A stretch of 64,000 nt of DNA from Candidatus Woesearchaeota archaeon (lineage in GTDB: Archaea > Nanobdellota > Nanobdellia > Pacearchaeales > GW2011-AR1). The translations under genes were made by a program, and so were the position numbers. The notes beneath the pieces were generated by a model. It ran no database searches. It had not been told where the DNA came from and saw only the letters and a list, made by a program, of their open reading frames with translations. Below, one piece after another: positions 17,610-27,204 of the stretch (the stretch's first letter is position 1; every line of letters begins with the position of its first letter). Where the stretch lies: NCBI GenBank assembly GCA_964612685.1, contig CAZTCF010000001.1, positions 19,399 to 83,398 on the forward strand, given 5' to 3'.

Positions 17610-19316
17610 CTATTCAAGTTTAGCTTTAATTCTTCTTACCCCTCCGGATGAAGACTCTTCTTTTATTATTTTGAATTTTCCTAATTCGCATGTATTTTTT
17701 ACGTGTGGTCCAGTACAAATTTCTTTTGAACATCCCTCAATAGTATATACAGATACGATTTCTCCATATTTATGTTCAAATACTCCGCTTATCCCTCTTT
17801 TTTTTGCTTCATCAAGAGTCATTTCTTCTCGAATAACATTACATCCTTTTTGAATATTGTAGTTCACTTCTTTTTCTATTTGTTTTATTTCTTCTTCTGT
17901 TAATTTTCTTGGAAAATTAAAATCAAATCTTAGTCTTTCTGCATTGATATTAGAACCTTTTTGATGTATTGAGTTATCCTTTAGAATTTTTCTTATTGAT
18001 GCCAAAAGAATATGTGCGGCAGTATGTAATCTTGTTGTTTCTTTGGAATTGTCTGCAAGTCCTGATTTGAATCTTCCTTCAGCAGCAGTTCTGGATAATT
18101 CTTGATGAATTTTACATTCTTCTTCAAACTCTTTTTTTGAGAACTTTATTTTTCTTGATTTGCATTCTTCTTCAATCATTTCTACAGGAAAACCATAGGA
18201 TTGGTATAAAAGAAAAGAATCTTTACAGGAAATTTCTTTTTTATCCTTAGTTATTTTTTCAAAAATATTTATCCCTCTTTCAAGAGTTTGTCTAAATTTA
18301 TTTTCTTCTCTTTCTAACTCAGTTATTATATTGTTTCTATTGCTTTTTAATTCTAGGTAGTCCGGGTAGATTTCAATAACTGCATCAACTAATTTATACG
18401 TGAAGTTTTCTTTTATCCCTAATTGGTGTCCATATCTTATTGCTCTTCTTATTAATCTTCTTAAGATATATCCCTGTTCTGTATTGCTTGGAATTGTTCC
18501 ATCCGAAAGGATGAATATTGCTGCTTTAATGTGATCTGCAATTATCCTCATCTCTTTTTTATTTTTAGTATAATCTTTTTTAGATACTTCTTCAATTTTC
18601 TCTATAATTCTTTTGAAGCAACTTGTCAGATAATTATCTTTGATGTTGTTTAACAACGCAATTGTTCTTTCAACGCCCATACCAGTGTCAACACATTTTT
18701 TTTCTAATGGTTCAAATTTTCCTTCTTGAGTTTTATTATACTCCATAAATACTCCAACATTCCATATTTCCACATTGTTTACAAATATCTCGGTATCTGG
18801 ACCACATGGTCCCGTTTTTCCCGCAGGCCCCCACCAGTTATCTTCCTTTGGAAGGAATTTTATTTTCTTTATTCCTTGAGATTTCCAGATTTCTTCAGAT
18901 TCTTTATCTTTTGGAGCATCTTTATCTCCTTTGAAACATGTTACTGAGATTTCTTCTTTTGATATCTTAAGCTGTTTTGTTAAAAATTCTATTCCGTATT
19001 TTATTGCATCTTCTTTCCAATAATCCCCTAAACTCCAGTTTCCTAACATTTCAAAAAAAGTATGGTGAACCTCGTCTCCTACGGATTCAATATCTCCAGT
19101 TCTTATGCATCTTTGGACTCCCACGAGTCTTGTTCCAAGAGGGTGTTTTTGTCCAAGTAAAAAGGGAACTAGAGGATGCATACCTGCCGTTGTAAATAAA
19201 ACCGTTGGATCATTTTCGGGTATTAATGAAGAATTAGGTATCTTTTTATGTTGTTTGGAAATAAAAAAATCAATATACTTTTTAATTAATTGTTCACGAT
19301 TTATCATACTATTCAA
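17610..19316 (-). CDS. alaS: alanyl-tRNA synthetase, short form (568 aa)
   Basis: FTTAGMHPLVPFLLG, RCIRTGDIESVG, HHTFFEMLGNWSLGDY, editing-domain HTAAHIL and CTGPHV. Confidence 0.85.
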   Translation of the reverse strand: MNSMINREQLIKKYIDFFISKQHKKIPNSSLIPENDPTVLFTTAGMHPLVPFLLGQKHPLGTRLVGVQRCIRTGDIESVGDEVHHTFFEMLGNWSLGDYWKEDAIKYGIEFLTKQLKISKEEISVTCFKGDKDAPKDKESEEIWKSQGIKKIKFLPKEDNWWGPAGKTGPCGPDTEIFVNNVEIWNVGVFMEYNKTQEGKFEPLEKKCVDTGMGVERTIALLNNIKDNYLTSCFKRIIEKIEEVSKKDYTKNKKEMRIIADHIKAAIFILSDGTIPSNTEQGYILRRLIRRAIRYGHQLGIKENFTYKLVDAVIEIYPDYLELKSNRNNIITELEREENKFRQTLERGINIFEKITKDKKEISCKDSFLLYQSYGFPVEMIEEECKSRKIKFSKKEFEEECKIHQELSRTAAEGRFKSGLADNSKETTRLHTAAHILLASIRKILKDNSIHQKGSNINAERLRFDFNFPRKLTEEEIKQIEKEVNYNIQKGCNVIREEMTLDEAKKRGISGVFEHKYGEIVSVYTIEGCSKEICTGPHVKNTCELGKFKIIKEESSSGGVRRIKAKLE

Positions 19317-19344
19317 AGAAGAGGTTTATTTTTAAAAATATTGT

Positions 19345-19728
19345 TTATCCTAAGCGCCTGAGTTTTTCTTGTATCTCTTTTAACTGTCTCTCTAAATCAT
19401 CTTCATTTTGAGATTGTTTTATTCTTACAGGTATTTTTATTGGTTCTTCCTCTATTTCTTTCTTCTCAGGTTCATTTCTTTTTTTTAGTATGTCAGGAAG
19501 TCTTATCTTTGGAAGAATATTATTTATTCTGGTAAGATTTATTTTAAGCTCTCTTATTTTATTTTGTATTCTTAACTTGTTTGTTAATTCCTCTCTTCTT
19601 AAAAGTTCATATCTTTTTATTATTTTAAGTACTCTTAAAAAATCTCTTTCGGCAGAAAGTATATCCTTTTTAGATTGAATTGCTTCATCATAATTAACTT
19701 TTATATGAAAAATGCTTTCTTCTTTCAT
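19345..19728 (-). CDS. hypothetical coiled-coil protein
   Basis: 127-aa ORF. Its start overlaps the upstream gene's stop by 4 nt (ATGA). Heptad-like charged sequence. Confidence 0.5.
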   Translation of the reverse strand: MKEESIFHIKVNYDEAIQSKKDILSAERDFLRVLKIIKRYELLRREELTNKLRIQNKIRELKINLTRINNILPKIRLPDILKKRNEPEKKEIEEEPIKIPVRIKQSQNEDDLERQLKEIQEKLRRLG

Positions 19729-20480
19729 TCTACTCTTGAGAAGATGTCGTTATCTACTTTCTCTATCTCATTTTTTATTTTTTGTATTTCCTTTTCCCAA
19801 GAAACAAGCTCCTGTTCTTCCTTAGCTTTTATTTCCTTGGTATCTTTAATGAGACTCTCTATTTCAGATATTTGTGACTTTATTGTATGGAATATTTTCA
19901 TACTTTCTTCAAACTTGTCTATTCTTATGAAAACTGGTTCTGCTTTTTTTGTCATATAACTCCTTACTGCAAATTCTTGTGTTATTTCCTTTGTTTTAAC
20001 CGGTTTTGGAGGAGGTAATCTCTTTTCTTCTACTTCTTCATTTTCCTCCAGAATTATCTCTTCACCATCTTCCTCTTCTGCAAATGATTTTTGAGGCATT
20101 CCATTCTCATCATAGTTTTGAGTGAAATTTTTCTTTACTAATTTTGCTGGAGGTCTATCCTGATAATTTTCATATTCCTGGCTGAAAGATCTCTTCAGAG
20201 GTTTTTGCATCATTCCATGTTGTTCAGGGAAGTCCTCTGCATCAAAAACCTCTTTTTCCTCTTTTTTCCCAGCTACAGCTTCTTTAATAGTATTTTGAGA
20301 AAATTTATTTCCCAATTGGTTATTAGGGAATGTGGGTAATTGAGGAAGAGTATTCTCCTCATGAGAAATATTATGCATTGGAGGCAATTCTGGAAGCTTT
20401 GGAAGCTCAGGTAATTCTGGAGCACCCATTACACTTCTTTTCATCTCCTCTTTTTTGTCTTTTTTGTTGAATAAACCCAT
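19725..20480 (-). CDS. hypothetical protein with Pro-rich N-terminal half and C-terminal coiled coil
   Basis: 251-aa ORF with MGLFNKK..., PELPELPKLPELPP, and the C-terminal EPVFIRIDKFEES...coiled coil. Confidence 0.5.
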   Translation of the reverse strand: MGLFNKKDKKEEMKRSVMGAPELPELPKLPELPPMHNISHEENTLPQLPTFPNNQLGNKFSQNTIKEAVAGKKEEKEVFDAEDFPEQHGMMQKPLKRSFSQEYENYQDRPPAKLVKKNFTQNYDENGMPQKSFAEEEDGEEIILEENEEVEEKRLPPPKPVKTKEITQEFAVRSYMTKKAEPVFIRIDKFEESMKIFHTIKSQISEIESLIKDTKEIKAKEEQELVSWEKEIQKIKNEIEKVDNDIFSRVE

Positions 20481-20603
20481 TTTTAGTTTGTTCTTGATAT
20501 ACTCTTTTTGATATATATAAGAGATAATATAGGTTTAAAAACTTTTATCTTTGATAGTTTTTGAAATAGAAAACTATATAATAGGATTATTTTTATTATT
20601 TTT

Positions 20604-21413
20604 ATGCTGAAAAATTTTCTTAATGAGGTGATATCTATTGTTGTTGGTAAGCCTGCCGAATCAATTGTTAATCTTCTCGAGGGAGATAAATATGTTAATG
20701 AATTTATAATTGCAAAGAAATTAGATTTAACAATAAATCAAGCAAGGAATATTTTATATAAAATTTCCGACAATGGTCTTGTTTCATCTATAAGAAAAAA
20801 AGATAAGAAGAAAGGATGGTATACCTATTTTTGGAAAATTGAAGTCTTGAAGTCTTTGGAATTTTTGAGAGAACTTGTGTTAAAGAATCTTACTCAGATG
20901 AAGAACCAAATAAAGAGCAGAGAAACAAAAAGATTTTATGTTTGTGAAAGATGTAATATAGAATTTAATGAAGAGAATGCAATGCTTCATGATTTTACAT
21001 GCAACGAATGTGGTGAAGTATTCTCTGTCAAGGATAACGAGAGAGTTCTTAAAGAATTTAAAAAGAATGAAGAAAAATTAGAGAGTAAATTAAAAATGAT
21101 TAATGAACAGATAGAAATTGAAAAGGAAAAGCTTGAGAAGATAAAGATGAAGGAAATTAAAAAAATTCAGAACGATAAAATAAAACAGAGGGAAGAAACA
21201 AGAAGATTGCAGAAAGAGGCTAGAGATAAAGAAAAAAAGAAAAATGAATCGTTAAAGAATAAATCTTCCAATAAGTCAATTAAAAAAAATAATACCTCTA
21301 AGAAAGATAGTAAAACCTTGGGACAAAAAAAATTCTTGAAGAAGGATGTAGATAAGAAACCCAAGAAAGTTTTAACAAAGGATAAAAATAAAAAAATTCC
21401 TAAAAAGAAGTAA
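20604..21413 (+). CDS. tfe: transcription factor E (TFE/TFIIE-alpha homolog) with long Lys-rich tail
   Basis: Winged helix (EFIIAKKLDLTINQARNILYKISDNGLVSSIRKKD...WYTYFW) followed by a zinc ribbon CERC...CNEC. Confidence 0.8.
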   Translation: MLKNFLNEVISIVVGKPAESIVNLLEGDKYVNEFIIAKKLDLTINQARNILYKISDNGLVSSIRKKDKKKGWYTYFWKIEVLKSLEFLRELVLKNLTQMKNQIKSRETKRFYVCERCNIEFNEENAMLHDFTCNECGEVFSVKDNERVLKEFKKNEEKLESKLKMINEQIEIEKEKLEKIKMKEIKKIQNDKIKQREETRRLQKEARDKEKKKNESLKNKSSNKSIKKNNTSKKDSKTLGQKKFLKKDVDKKPKKVLTKDKNKKIPKKK

Positions 21414-21430
21414 ATTTAATTTTGTTTAAA

Positions 21431-22102
21431 ATGACGTATGTTTATCAAGTCCATCCAAATAAGAAAAGAAGTTTTTTTGATTCTTTAAGTTTAAACACCA
21501 TTCTTATTATTATAAATGTGACATTATTCTTCATTTTTACTATTTTGATAAAGTTAGGGTATTTATCTATAGATTTTGTTGCAATAAGACCTTCAAATAT
21601 AGTTGGAGGTAAATATCTTTGGACATTTTTAACTAGTATGTTTATGCATGCGGGTTTTTTCCATTTACTTGTTAATATGTTTTCTTTATTTTTTGTAGGT
21701 TCTCTAATTGAGAAGATTATTGGTAGAAAGAGATATTTTTATTTTTATTTAATTTCAGGTATTTTTGCTGGGGCTTTTTTTGTGTTGTTAAGTTTGTTTT
21801 TTCCAGGTGATTTTGGAGTTTATGCAGTTGGAGCTTCTGGAGCATTGTTTGGGCTTATTGGTTTACTTATGTTGTTGACACCAAATCTTCCCGTATATGT
21901 AATGTTTATCCCAATTCCAATTAAGATGAAATATGCAGCTCCGGGTATGCTTATTTTATTATGGATTATATCTATCGCTGGAAATATATCAATAGGGAAT
22001 ACTGCCCACTTGGGAGGATTAGTAGCCGGTCTTATCTATGGGGTTTTCTTGAGAAGCAAGTACAAAAATAAAACAAAGTACATACGGAAGCATTTTAGTT
22101 AG
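21431..22102 (+). CDS. rhomboid family intramembrane serine protease
   Basis: Multiple TM helices, GASGALFGLIG (catalytic Ser) and AHLGGLVAGL (catalytic His). The ATG at 21431 is preferred to the TTG at 21422. Confidence 0.8.
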   Translation: MTYVYQVHPNKKRSFFDSLSLNTILIIINVTLFFIFTILIKLGYLSIDFVAIRPSNIVGGKYLWTFLTSMFMHAGFFHLLVNMFSLFFVGSLIEKIIGRKRYFYFYLISGIFAGAFFVLLSLFFPGDFGVYAVGASGALFGLIGLLMLLTPNLPVYVMFIPIPIKMKYAAPGMLILLWIISIAGNISIGNTAHLGGLVAGLIYGVFLRSKYKNKTKYIRKHFS

Positions 22103-22132
22103 GTTTATATATAATTCTTGGATATTTTAATT

Positions 22133-22762
22133 ATGAAGAGGATTGAAAAGAAAAGCAAGAGTAAAAAAAGAGAAGAGGTAAACAAAATAGATTTTTTTAA
22201 GGAAAATTATTCAAAAAGCTGGAAGTATATAAAACAATCAAAGAAATTTATATGGGCTATAACATTCATCTTTTTTTTATCTGCATTTATTGGTTTTGTG
22301 TTTCAGCCCTCAGAGGTTGTTAATCTAATCTTAGAGTATATTCAAGAAATATTAACAAAAACAGAAACAATGTCTTCTTCTGAGATGATTTTCTTCATCT
22401 TTTTTAATAATCTTAGAATTGCATTTATGGGAATAATTTATGGTTTTGCATTAGGTATATTTCCAGTTTTGTCCACTTTTATTAATGGATATGTCGTGGG
22501 ATATGTCTCTTCTTCTGCAGTATCTTCTTCAGGCATCTTTTCTCTGTTAAGTCTTCTTCCACACGGAATATTTGAATTGCCTGCAATCTTTATTTCGTTT
22601 GGTCTCGGATTGAAGTTTGGAACATTCTTATTTTACAAAGAAAAGATGAAGAAATTTTCAGAATTCTTTACAAATTCTTTAAGAGTATTTGTGTTTGTAA
22701 TTATTCCACTTCTGGCAGTCGCTGCTATAATAGAAGGATGCTTAATTTTTCTTTTTAAGTGA
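22133..22762 (+). CDS. SpoIIM-like (DUF95) membrane protein
   Basis: FFNNLRIAFMGIIYGFALGIFP...LLPHGIFELPAIFISFGLGLKFG. ATG at 22133. Confidence 0.65.
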   Translation: MKRIEKKSKSKKREEVNKIDFFKENYSKSWKYIKQSKKFIWAITFIFFLSAFIGFVFQPSEVVNLILEYIQEILTKTETMSSSEMIFFIFFNNLRIAFMGIIYGFALGIFPVLSTFINGYVVGYVSSSAVSSSGIFSLLSLLPHGIFELPAIFISFGLGLKFGTFLFYKEKMKKFSEFFTNSLRVFVFVIIPLLAVAAIIEGCLIFLFK

Positions 22763-22771
22763 ACTCTAGAT

Positions 22772-22963
22772 TTATCCTTTTATTTCACTTATTCCAAGAA
22801 TTATAAGAATTAATCCTGTTAATGCAACAATCCAAGTTAATGCTCCTTTTAGGACAATCCATGCTGCAAGTCCCCAAGAACCTAAAGGCATTCCTGGAAA
22901 TACTAGTGCTATGACTCCCACAAGAAGAACTACTCCTAGAATTAATTCTAACCATTTGTTCAT
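22772..22963 (-). CDS. small membrane protein
   Basis: 63-aa ORF, almost entirely two hydrophobic helices. Confidence 0.4.
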   Translation of the reverse strand: MNKWLELILGVVLLVGVIALVFPGMPLGSWGLAAWIVLKGALTWIVALTGLILIILGISEIKG

Positions 22964-23046
22964 TGTACTTTTATAGAGTATATTTTGTTTAAAAAGATTT
23001 TGATAGTCAAAGATAGATTTTTAAGTAGATTTAATTAATTTATTTG

Positions 23047-24048
23047 ATGGAAAAACCTAAAATGGATAAAAAAAAATTAGTAGCAGACAATATTCTGAAG
23101 AAATCTGGAAAAGTTGAGGGAAAAGTTATTGAAGGATATGAATTTAATCAGGGAATTAATTATGAAAAGATAATTGATAGTTTTGGATCTACGGGTTTTC
23201 AGGCATCAAATCTTAGCCAGGCAATTGGTATTGTTAATGAAATGATTAGAGTTAATTCTAAAATTTATTTAGGATATACCTCAAATATGGTTAGTTCTGG
23301 TTTAAGAGAGGTAATAAGATACCTAATAGAACACAAGAAAATAGATGTTTGTGTTACAAGCGGGGGAGGGTTTGAGGAAGATATAATTAAGTGTTTAGGA
23401 GATACAGTTCTTGGAGATTTTAGGCTTCCAGGTAAAGAACTTAGAGAGAAAGCAATAAATAGAATTGGCAATCTACTTGTTCCAAATAATAATTATATTC
23501 AGTTTGAAGAATTCTCAATGCCTATTCTTGAGGAGATGTATAATGAACAGAAAAAAACAGGAAAAGTTTATACCCCTTACGAGATAATCTGGAAGTTTGG
23601 AGAGAAGATAAATAACAAGAAAAGCATTTGTTATTGGGCATGGAAAAATAAAATACCCATATATTGTCCAGCTATACTTGATGGGAGTTTTGGGGATATG
23701 GTTTATTTTTTTAAGTATAAACATGAAGATTTCAAGGTTGATATAGCTGAAGAGACAAGAATGTTAAATGAATCTACGACAGGTTTAAAGAAATCGGGAG
23801 TTTTAATACTTGGGGCAGGTATAGTTAAACATGCTATTTTAAATGCTCATCTTTACAGAAATGGGGCAGATTATGCGGTTTACATAAATAATGCTCAGGA
23901 ATTTGATGGAAGTGATGCAGGAGCCTTACCTGAAGAGGCAGTGTCTTGGGGAAAGTTGACTCCTGAGTCAAAAAGGGTTAAAGTTTATGGGGACGCGACA
24001 ATTTTATTCCCATTATTGGTTGCAAAGACATTTGCTAAGAATAATTGA
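23047..24048 (+). CDS. dys: deoxyhypusine synthase
   Basis: GYTSNMVSSGLREVIRYLIEHKKIDVCVTSGGGFEEDIIKC...EAVSWGK. Confidence 0.88.
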   Translation: MEKPKMDKKKLVADNILKKSGKVEGKVIEGYEFNQGINYEKIIDSFGSTGFQASNLSQAIGIVNEMIRVNSKIYLGYTSNMVSSGLREVIRYLIEHKKIDVCVTSGGGFEEDIIKCLGDTVLGDFRLPGKELREKAINRIGNLLVPNNNYIQFEEFSMPILEEMYNEQKKTGKVYTPYEIIWKFGEKINNKKSICYWAWKNKIPIYCPAILDGSFGDMVYFFKYKHEDFKVDIAEETRMLNESTTGLKKSGVLILGAGIVKHAILNAHLYRNGADYAVYINNAQEFDGSDAGALPEEAVSWGKLTPESKRVKVYGDATILFPLLVAKTFAKNN

Positions 24049-24133
24049 ACTTTTAAGATCATACAATTCTAAAAAATTAATTCTTGTTATTTTGTATAAT
24101 AATCTATTTAAGGAGTGTAAAATTTCTCCTAAT

Positions 24134-24661
24134 ATGAATATTGCAATAGGGACTGAAAATAAGGCTAAGATCCAAGCAGTAGAAAATATTATAAGAGAAG
24201 TGTGGAAAGATGTTGAGTTTTCATATCACCAAACAAATTCTCTTGTTAATTCTCAGCCACTTAGTGATGAAGAAGCAATCAAAGGGGCAATTAATAGGGC
24301 AAAGCAGGCTATTAGCGAGGGGAGTGCAAATTATGGTGTAGGGCTTGAAGGAACTGTAAATACAAATAATTATGGGATGTTTCTTCATGGATGGGTTGCT
24401 ATTGTGGATAAAGAAGGTAATTTTGGTTTGGGGCAAAGTGCAAGCGTGCATATCCCAAAGGGTATAGAACAAAGAATAAAGAAAGGTGAGGAATTGGGTC
24501 CAATAATGCGGGAATTAATGAATGATGAAAAGAATTCTATACGAAATAATGAAGGTACAAATGGGATTTTAACAAATGGGCTATACACCCGAGTTAAAGA
24601 GTTTGAAGATGCTACAAGATGTGCCTTATCAAGGTTCATAAATGCTAAATGGTACACTTAG
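24134..24661 (+). CDS. inosine/xanthosine triphosphatase-like NTPase (YjjX/DUF84 family)
   Basis: MNIAIGTENKAKIQAV...SQPLSDEEAIKGAINRAK...GVGLEGTV fits the YjjX pattern. The internal ATG is chosen because the upstream part of ORF 23987.. overlaps the dys gene. Confidence 0.7.
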   Translation: MNIAIGTENKAKIQAVENIIREVWKDVEFSYHQTNSLVNSQPLSDEEAIKGAINRAKQAISEGSANYGVGLEGTVNTNNYGMFLHGWVAIVDKEGNFGLGQSASVHIPKGIEQRIKKGEELGPIMRELMNDEKNSIRNNEGTNGILTNGLYTRVKEFEDATRCALSRFINAKWYT

Positions 24662-24719
24662 TCGGATTTTATTTAATTTTATATAAAAGTTTATATATCT
24701 CTTCTTAATACATTTTTTT

Positions 24720-25811
24720 ATGGATGAGAATGAAGAAATAGGTGATTTGTTCGTCCCACATAACGAACAAGAAAAGATAATCATAGAAAAAGATTTTATG
24801 GACGTTCTTAAGATGGTTGCACCTGGAACATCAATAAGGGTTGCAATGGACGATTTACTTAATGCAGGGATGGGTGCATTGATAGTTATTGATAATGGTA
24901 ATCTGTCTTCTGCTTACCAAAAGGGTTTTGCTATCCATTCAAAATTTAGTCCTCAAAAACTTGTTGAGCTTGCAAAGATGGATGGAGCAATTATTCTTTC
25001 AGGAAATGTAAAAAAGATATTATATGCAAATTCTTTTCTTTCTCCTGATTCAGAGATAACTACAAGAGAAACTGGAACAAGGCATAAATCTGCTGAGAGG
25101 ACTGCAAAACAGACTGGGGCAATAGTGGTTGCTATTTCAGAAAGAAAAAAGAAGATTACAATTTATCAGGGAGATAAAAGACATGAACTTAAAGAAAGCT
25201 CGGAGATATTGAGAAGAGCTGCAGAAACATTACAAATTTTAGAGAAACAAAAAGAGAGTTTTAATGAAGCTATAACTCACCTTAATCTCATGGAATTGCA
25301 AAGAATCGTTACTGTTAAAGATGTTTGTGGAGTTATACAAAGGTTTGAGATTATAAAAAGAATATCCGAAATTGTAAAAAGATATTTAATTGAACTTGGA
25401 AGAGAGGGAGCAATTGTTAGTATGAGTTTAAAAGATTTAACAAGGGGTCTAGATAGAGAAGAGGAATTACTTCTGAGAGATTATTTTGGATCTAATTATG
25501 CTTATGCCGAAAAAGTTCTTGAGAAGATGGATTTTGATTTTCTTTTGGAACCGCTTAATATATCAAGAATGCTTTTTGAAGAATTGCATGACAAACAAAT
25601 TTCTCCAAAGGGATTAAGGATATTGAGCAAGACAAATATCTTAGAGAGATATATTAGTTCTTTAATTGCTCATTTCCAATTTTTAGATAAGATTCTTCTT
25701 GCAAATGATGAAGAGTTGCTTAGGGTATTTCAAAACGAGGGGATGCTAGCATTTTTTAAGGAAGAAATATATAGTCTTAGAGAGAAGCTTGTTGTAGGAA
25801 AACCCATATAA
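24720..25811 (+). CDS. disA: DisA-type diadenylate cyclase (DAC domain protein)
   Basis: GALIVI..., DGAIILSGNVKKILYANSFL and TGTRHKSAERTAKQTGAIVVAIS are DAC motifs. The 363-aa length and helical C-terminal half resemble DisA. Confidence 0.8.
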   Translation: MDENEEIGDLFVPHNEQEKIIIEKDFMDVLKMVAPGTSIRVAMDDLLNAGMGALIVIDNGNLSSAYQKGFAIHSKFSPQKLVELAKMDGAIILSGNVKKILYANSFLSPDSEITTRETGTRHKSAERTAKQTGAIVVAISERKKKITIYQGDKRHELKESSEILRRAAETLQILEKQKESFNEAITHLNLMELQRIVTVKDVCGVIQRFEIIKRISEIVKRYLIELGREGAIVSMSLKDLTRGLDREEELLLRDYFGSNYAYAEKVLEKMDFDFLLEPLNISRMLFEELHDKQISPKGLRILSKTNILERYISSLIAHFQFLDKILLANDEELLRVFQNEGMLAFFKEEIYSLREKLVVGKPI

Positions 25812-25812
25812 A

Positions 25813-26853
25813 ATGTTAACAGAAAAACAGATAGAAGAAATAAAAGAGCATCTCAACAAAGCACAAAATCCTGTTTTCTTTTTTGATAATGATCAAGATG
25901 GTCTTTGTAGTTTTTTGTTGTTACAAAAATATATTGGAAGGGGGAAAGGTTTTCCAATAAAGACATCTCCTGCTTTAACTAAGGATTATTTTAGAAAAGT
26001 TGAAGAATTTAATTCGGATTATATATTTATTTTGGATAAACCAGAAGTTTCAGAAGAGTTTGTCTTGGAAGTAGAGAAGATAAATATTCCTATAGTTTGG
26101 ATAGATCATCACTCTATTGATAAGGAAAAAATACCCAAATATGTAAATTATTATAATCCTCTTTTTAATAAAAATAAAAATAATGAGCCGGTAACATATC
26201 TCTGTCAAAAGATAACGAATAAAAAGGAAAACTTATGGATAGGGGTTGTTGGATGTATTTCGGATAATTTAGTCCCAGATTTTTATAAGGATTTTATGAA
26301 GGATTACCCGGATTTGTGTAAAGATGAGAAAGAAGCATTCAGTATTTTTTATGGTTCGGAGATAGGTAAGGTTGCAAGAATTATTGGTTTTGGTCTGAAA
26401 GATAAAATAAGTAATGTTGTTAGTATGATTAAATTTTTAATCTCTTGTAACACTCCCTACGACTTTTTGGAAGAGAATAACAAAAACAAATCAATTCATA
26501 AAAGGTTTCAGGAAGTCGATAAAAAATATCAGAAGATTCTGAATAAAGCTAAAAAAATTTCAACATCCAAAAAACTTTTATTTTTTAAATATGAAGGAGA
26601 CACAAGTATGAGTTCAGATGTTGCAAATGGTTTAAAATATCTTTTTCCAGATAAATTTATTGTTGTTGTTTATACAAAAGGGTATAAGGCTAATGTCTCT
26701 GCAAGAGGAAAGGACATCAAGAAATTTATTTTGCCCGCTATAGAAGGACTTGAGGGTGCAACAGGGGGAGGGCATGATAATGCTGTTGGAGCTCAGATTA
26801 ATAAAGAAGATATTGAAGAGTTTGAGAAAAGAATTCAGAGATTAATTTTGTAG
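25813..26853 (+). CDS. DHH/DHHA1 family phosphoesterase
   Basis: Motifs FDNDQDG, ILD, WIDHH and GGGHDNAVG. It starts 1 nt after the disA stop. Confidence 0.8.
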   Translation: MLTEKQIEEIKEHLNKAQNPVFFFDNDQDGLCSFLLLQKYIGRGKGFPIKTSPALTKDYFRKVEEFNSDYIFILDKPEVSEEFVLEVEKINIPIVWIDHHSIDKEKIPKYVNYYNPLFNKNKNNEPVTYLCQKITNKKENLWIGVVGCISDNLVPDFYKDFMKDYPDLCKDEKEAFSIFYGSEIGKVARIIGFGLKDKISNVVSMIKFLISCNTPYDFLEENNKNKSIHKRFQEVDKKYQKILNKAKKISTSKKLLFFKYEGDTSMSSDVANGLKYLFPDKFIVVVYTKGYKANVSARGKDIKKFILPAIEGLEGATGGGHDNAVGAQINKEDIEEFEKRIQRLIL

Positions 26854-27084
26854 TTTTTTGTTTCATATAAATATTTATAAACTTGTTATTCTTGGAAAAT
26901 ATATGAAGGATAGACTGAACAGACTTAATTGGATGATAGTCGATAGATGTTCTTGTTTAGTTTATACTTTCAATATTAAACTAAACTCAATTTAATTCGG
27001 TCATTTAGATCTGGATTGAGTTGAGGAATGAATTCTTTCTAGATTTGAATGTTTGGATTAAGCTGATGTTTTGTTTCCGTGAAG

Positions 27085-27204
27085 ATGGAAAAAGAAAAGA
27101 TAAAAATGGAAGAAAAGACAGTTGAGCAGGAGTTAAGTAAATTGATAGCCTTTACTATACAGCTTGAAGATGAACTTAACAATTGCATAAAGTCCGATCA
27201 ATAG
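27085..27204 (+). CDS. possible 39-aa small ORF
   Basis: Own translation gives MEKEKIKMEEKTVEQELSKLIAFTIQLEDELNNCIKSDQ*. No convincing ribosome-binding site was seen. Confidence 0.2.
   Translation: MEKEKIKMEEKTVEQELSKLIAFTIQLEDELNNCIKSDQ

Noticed and set aside
23987-24133. The N-terminal 49 codons of ORF 23987-24661.
   Set aside because: They overlap the 3' end of the dys gene in another frame and encode a non-conserved peptide. The YjjX-like homology starts at the ATG at 24134.
26895-26960. A C/D-box sRNA candidate (ATGAAGGA ... CTGA ... ATGATAG ...).
   Set aside because: The box sequences are degenerate. The C-to-D' spacing (about 4 nt) is incompatible with the ~12-nt guide regions of archaeal C/D sRNAs.
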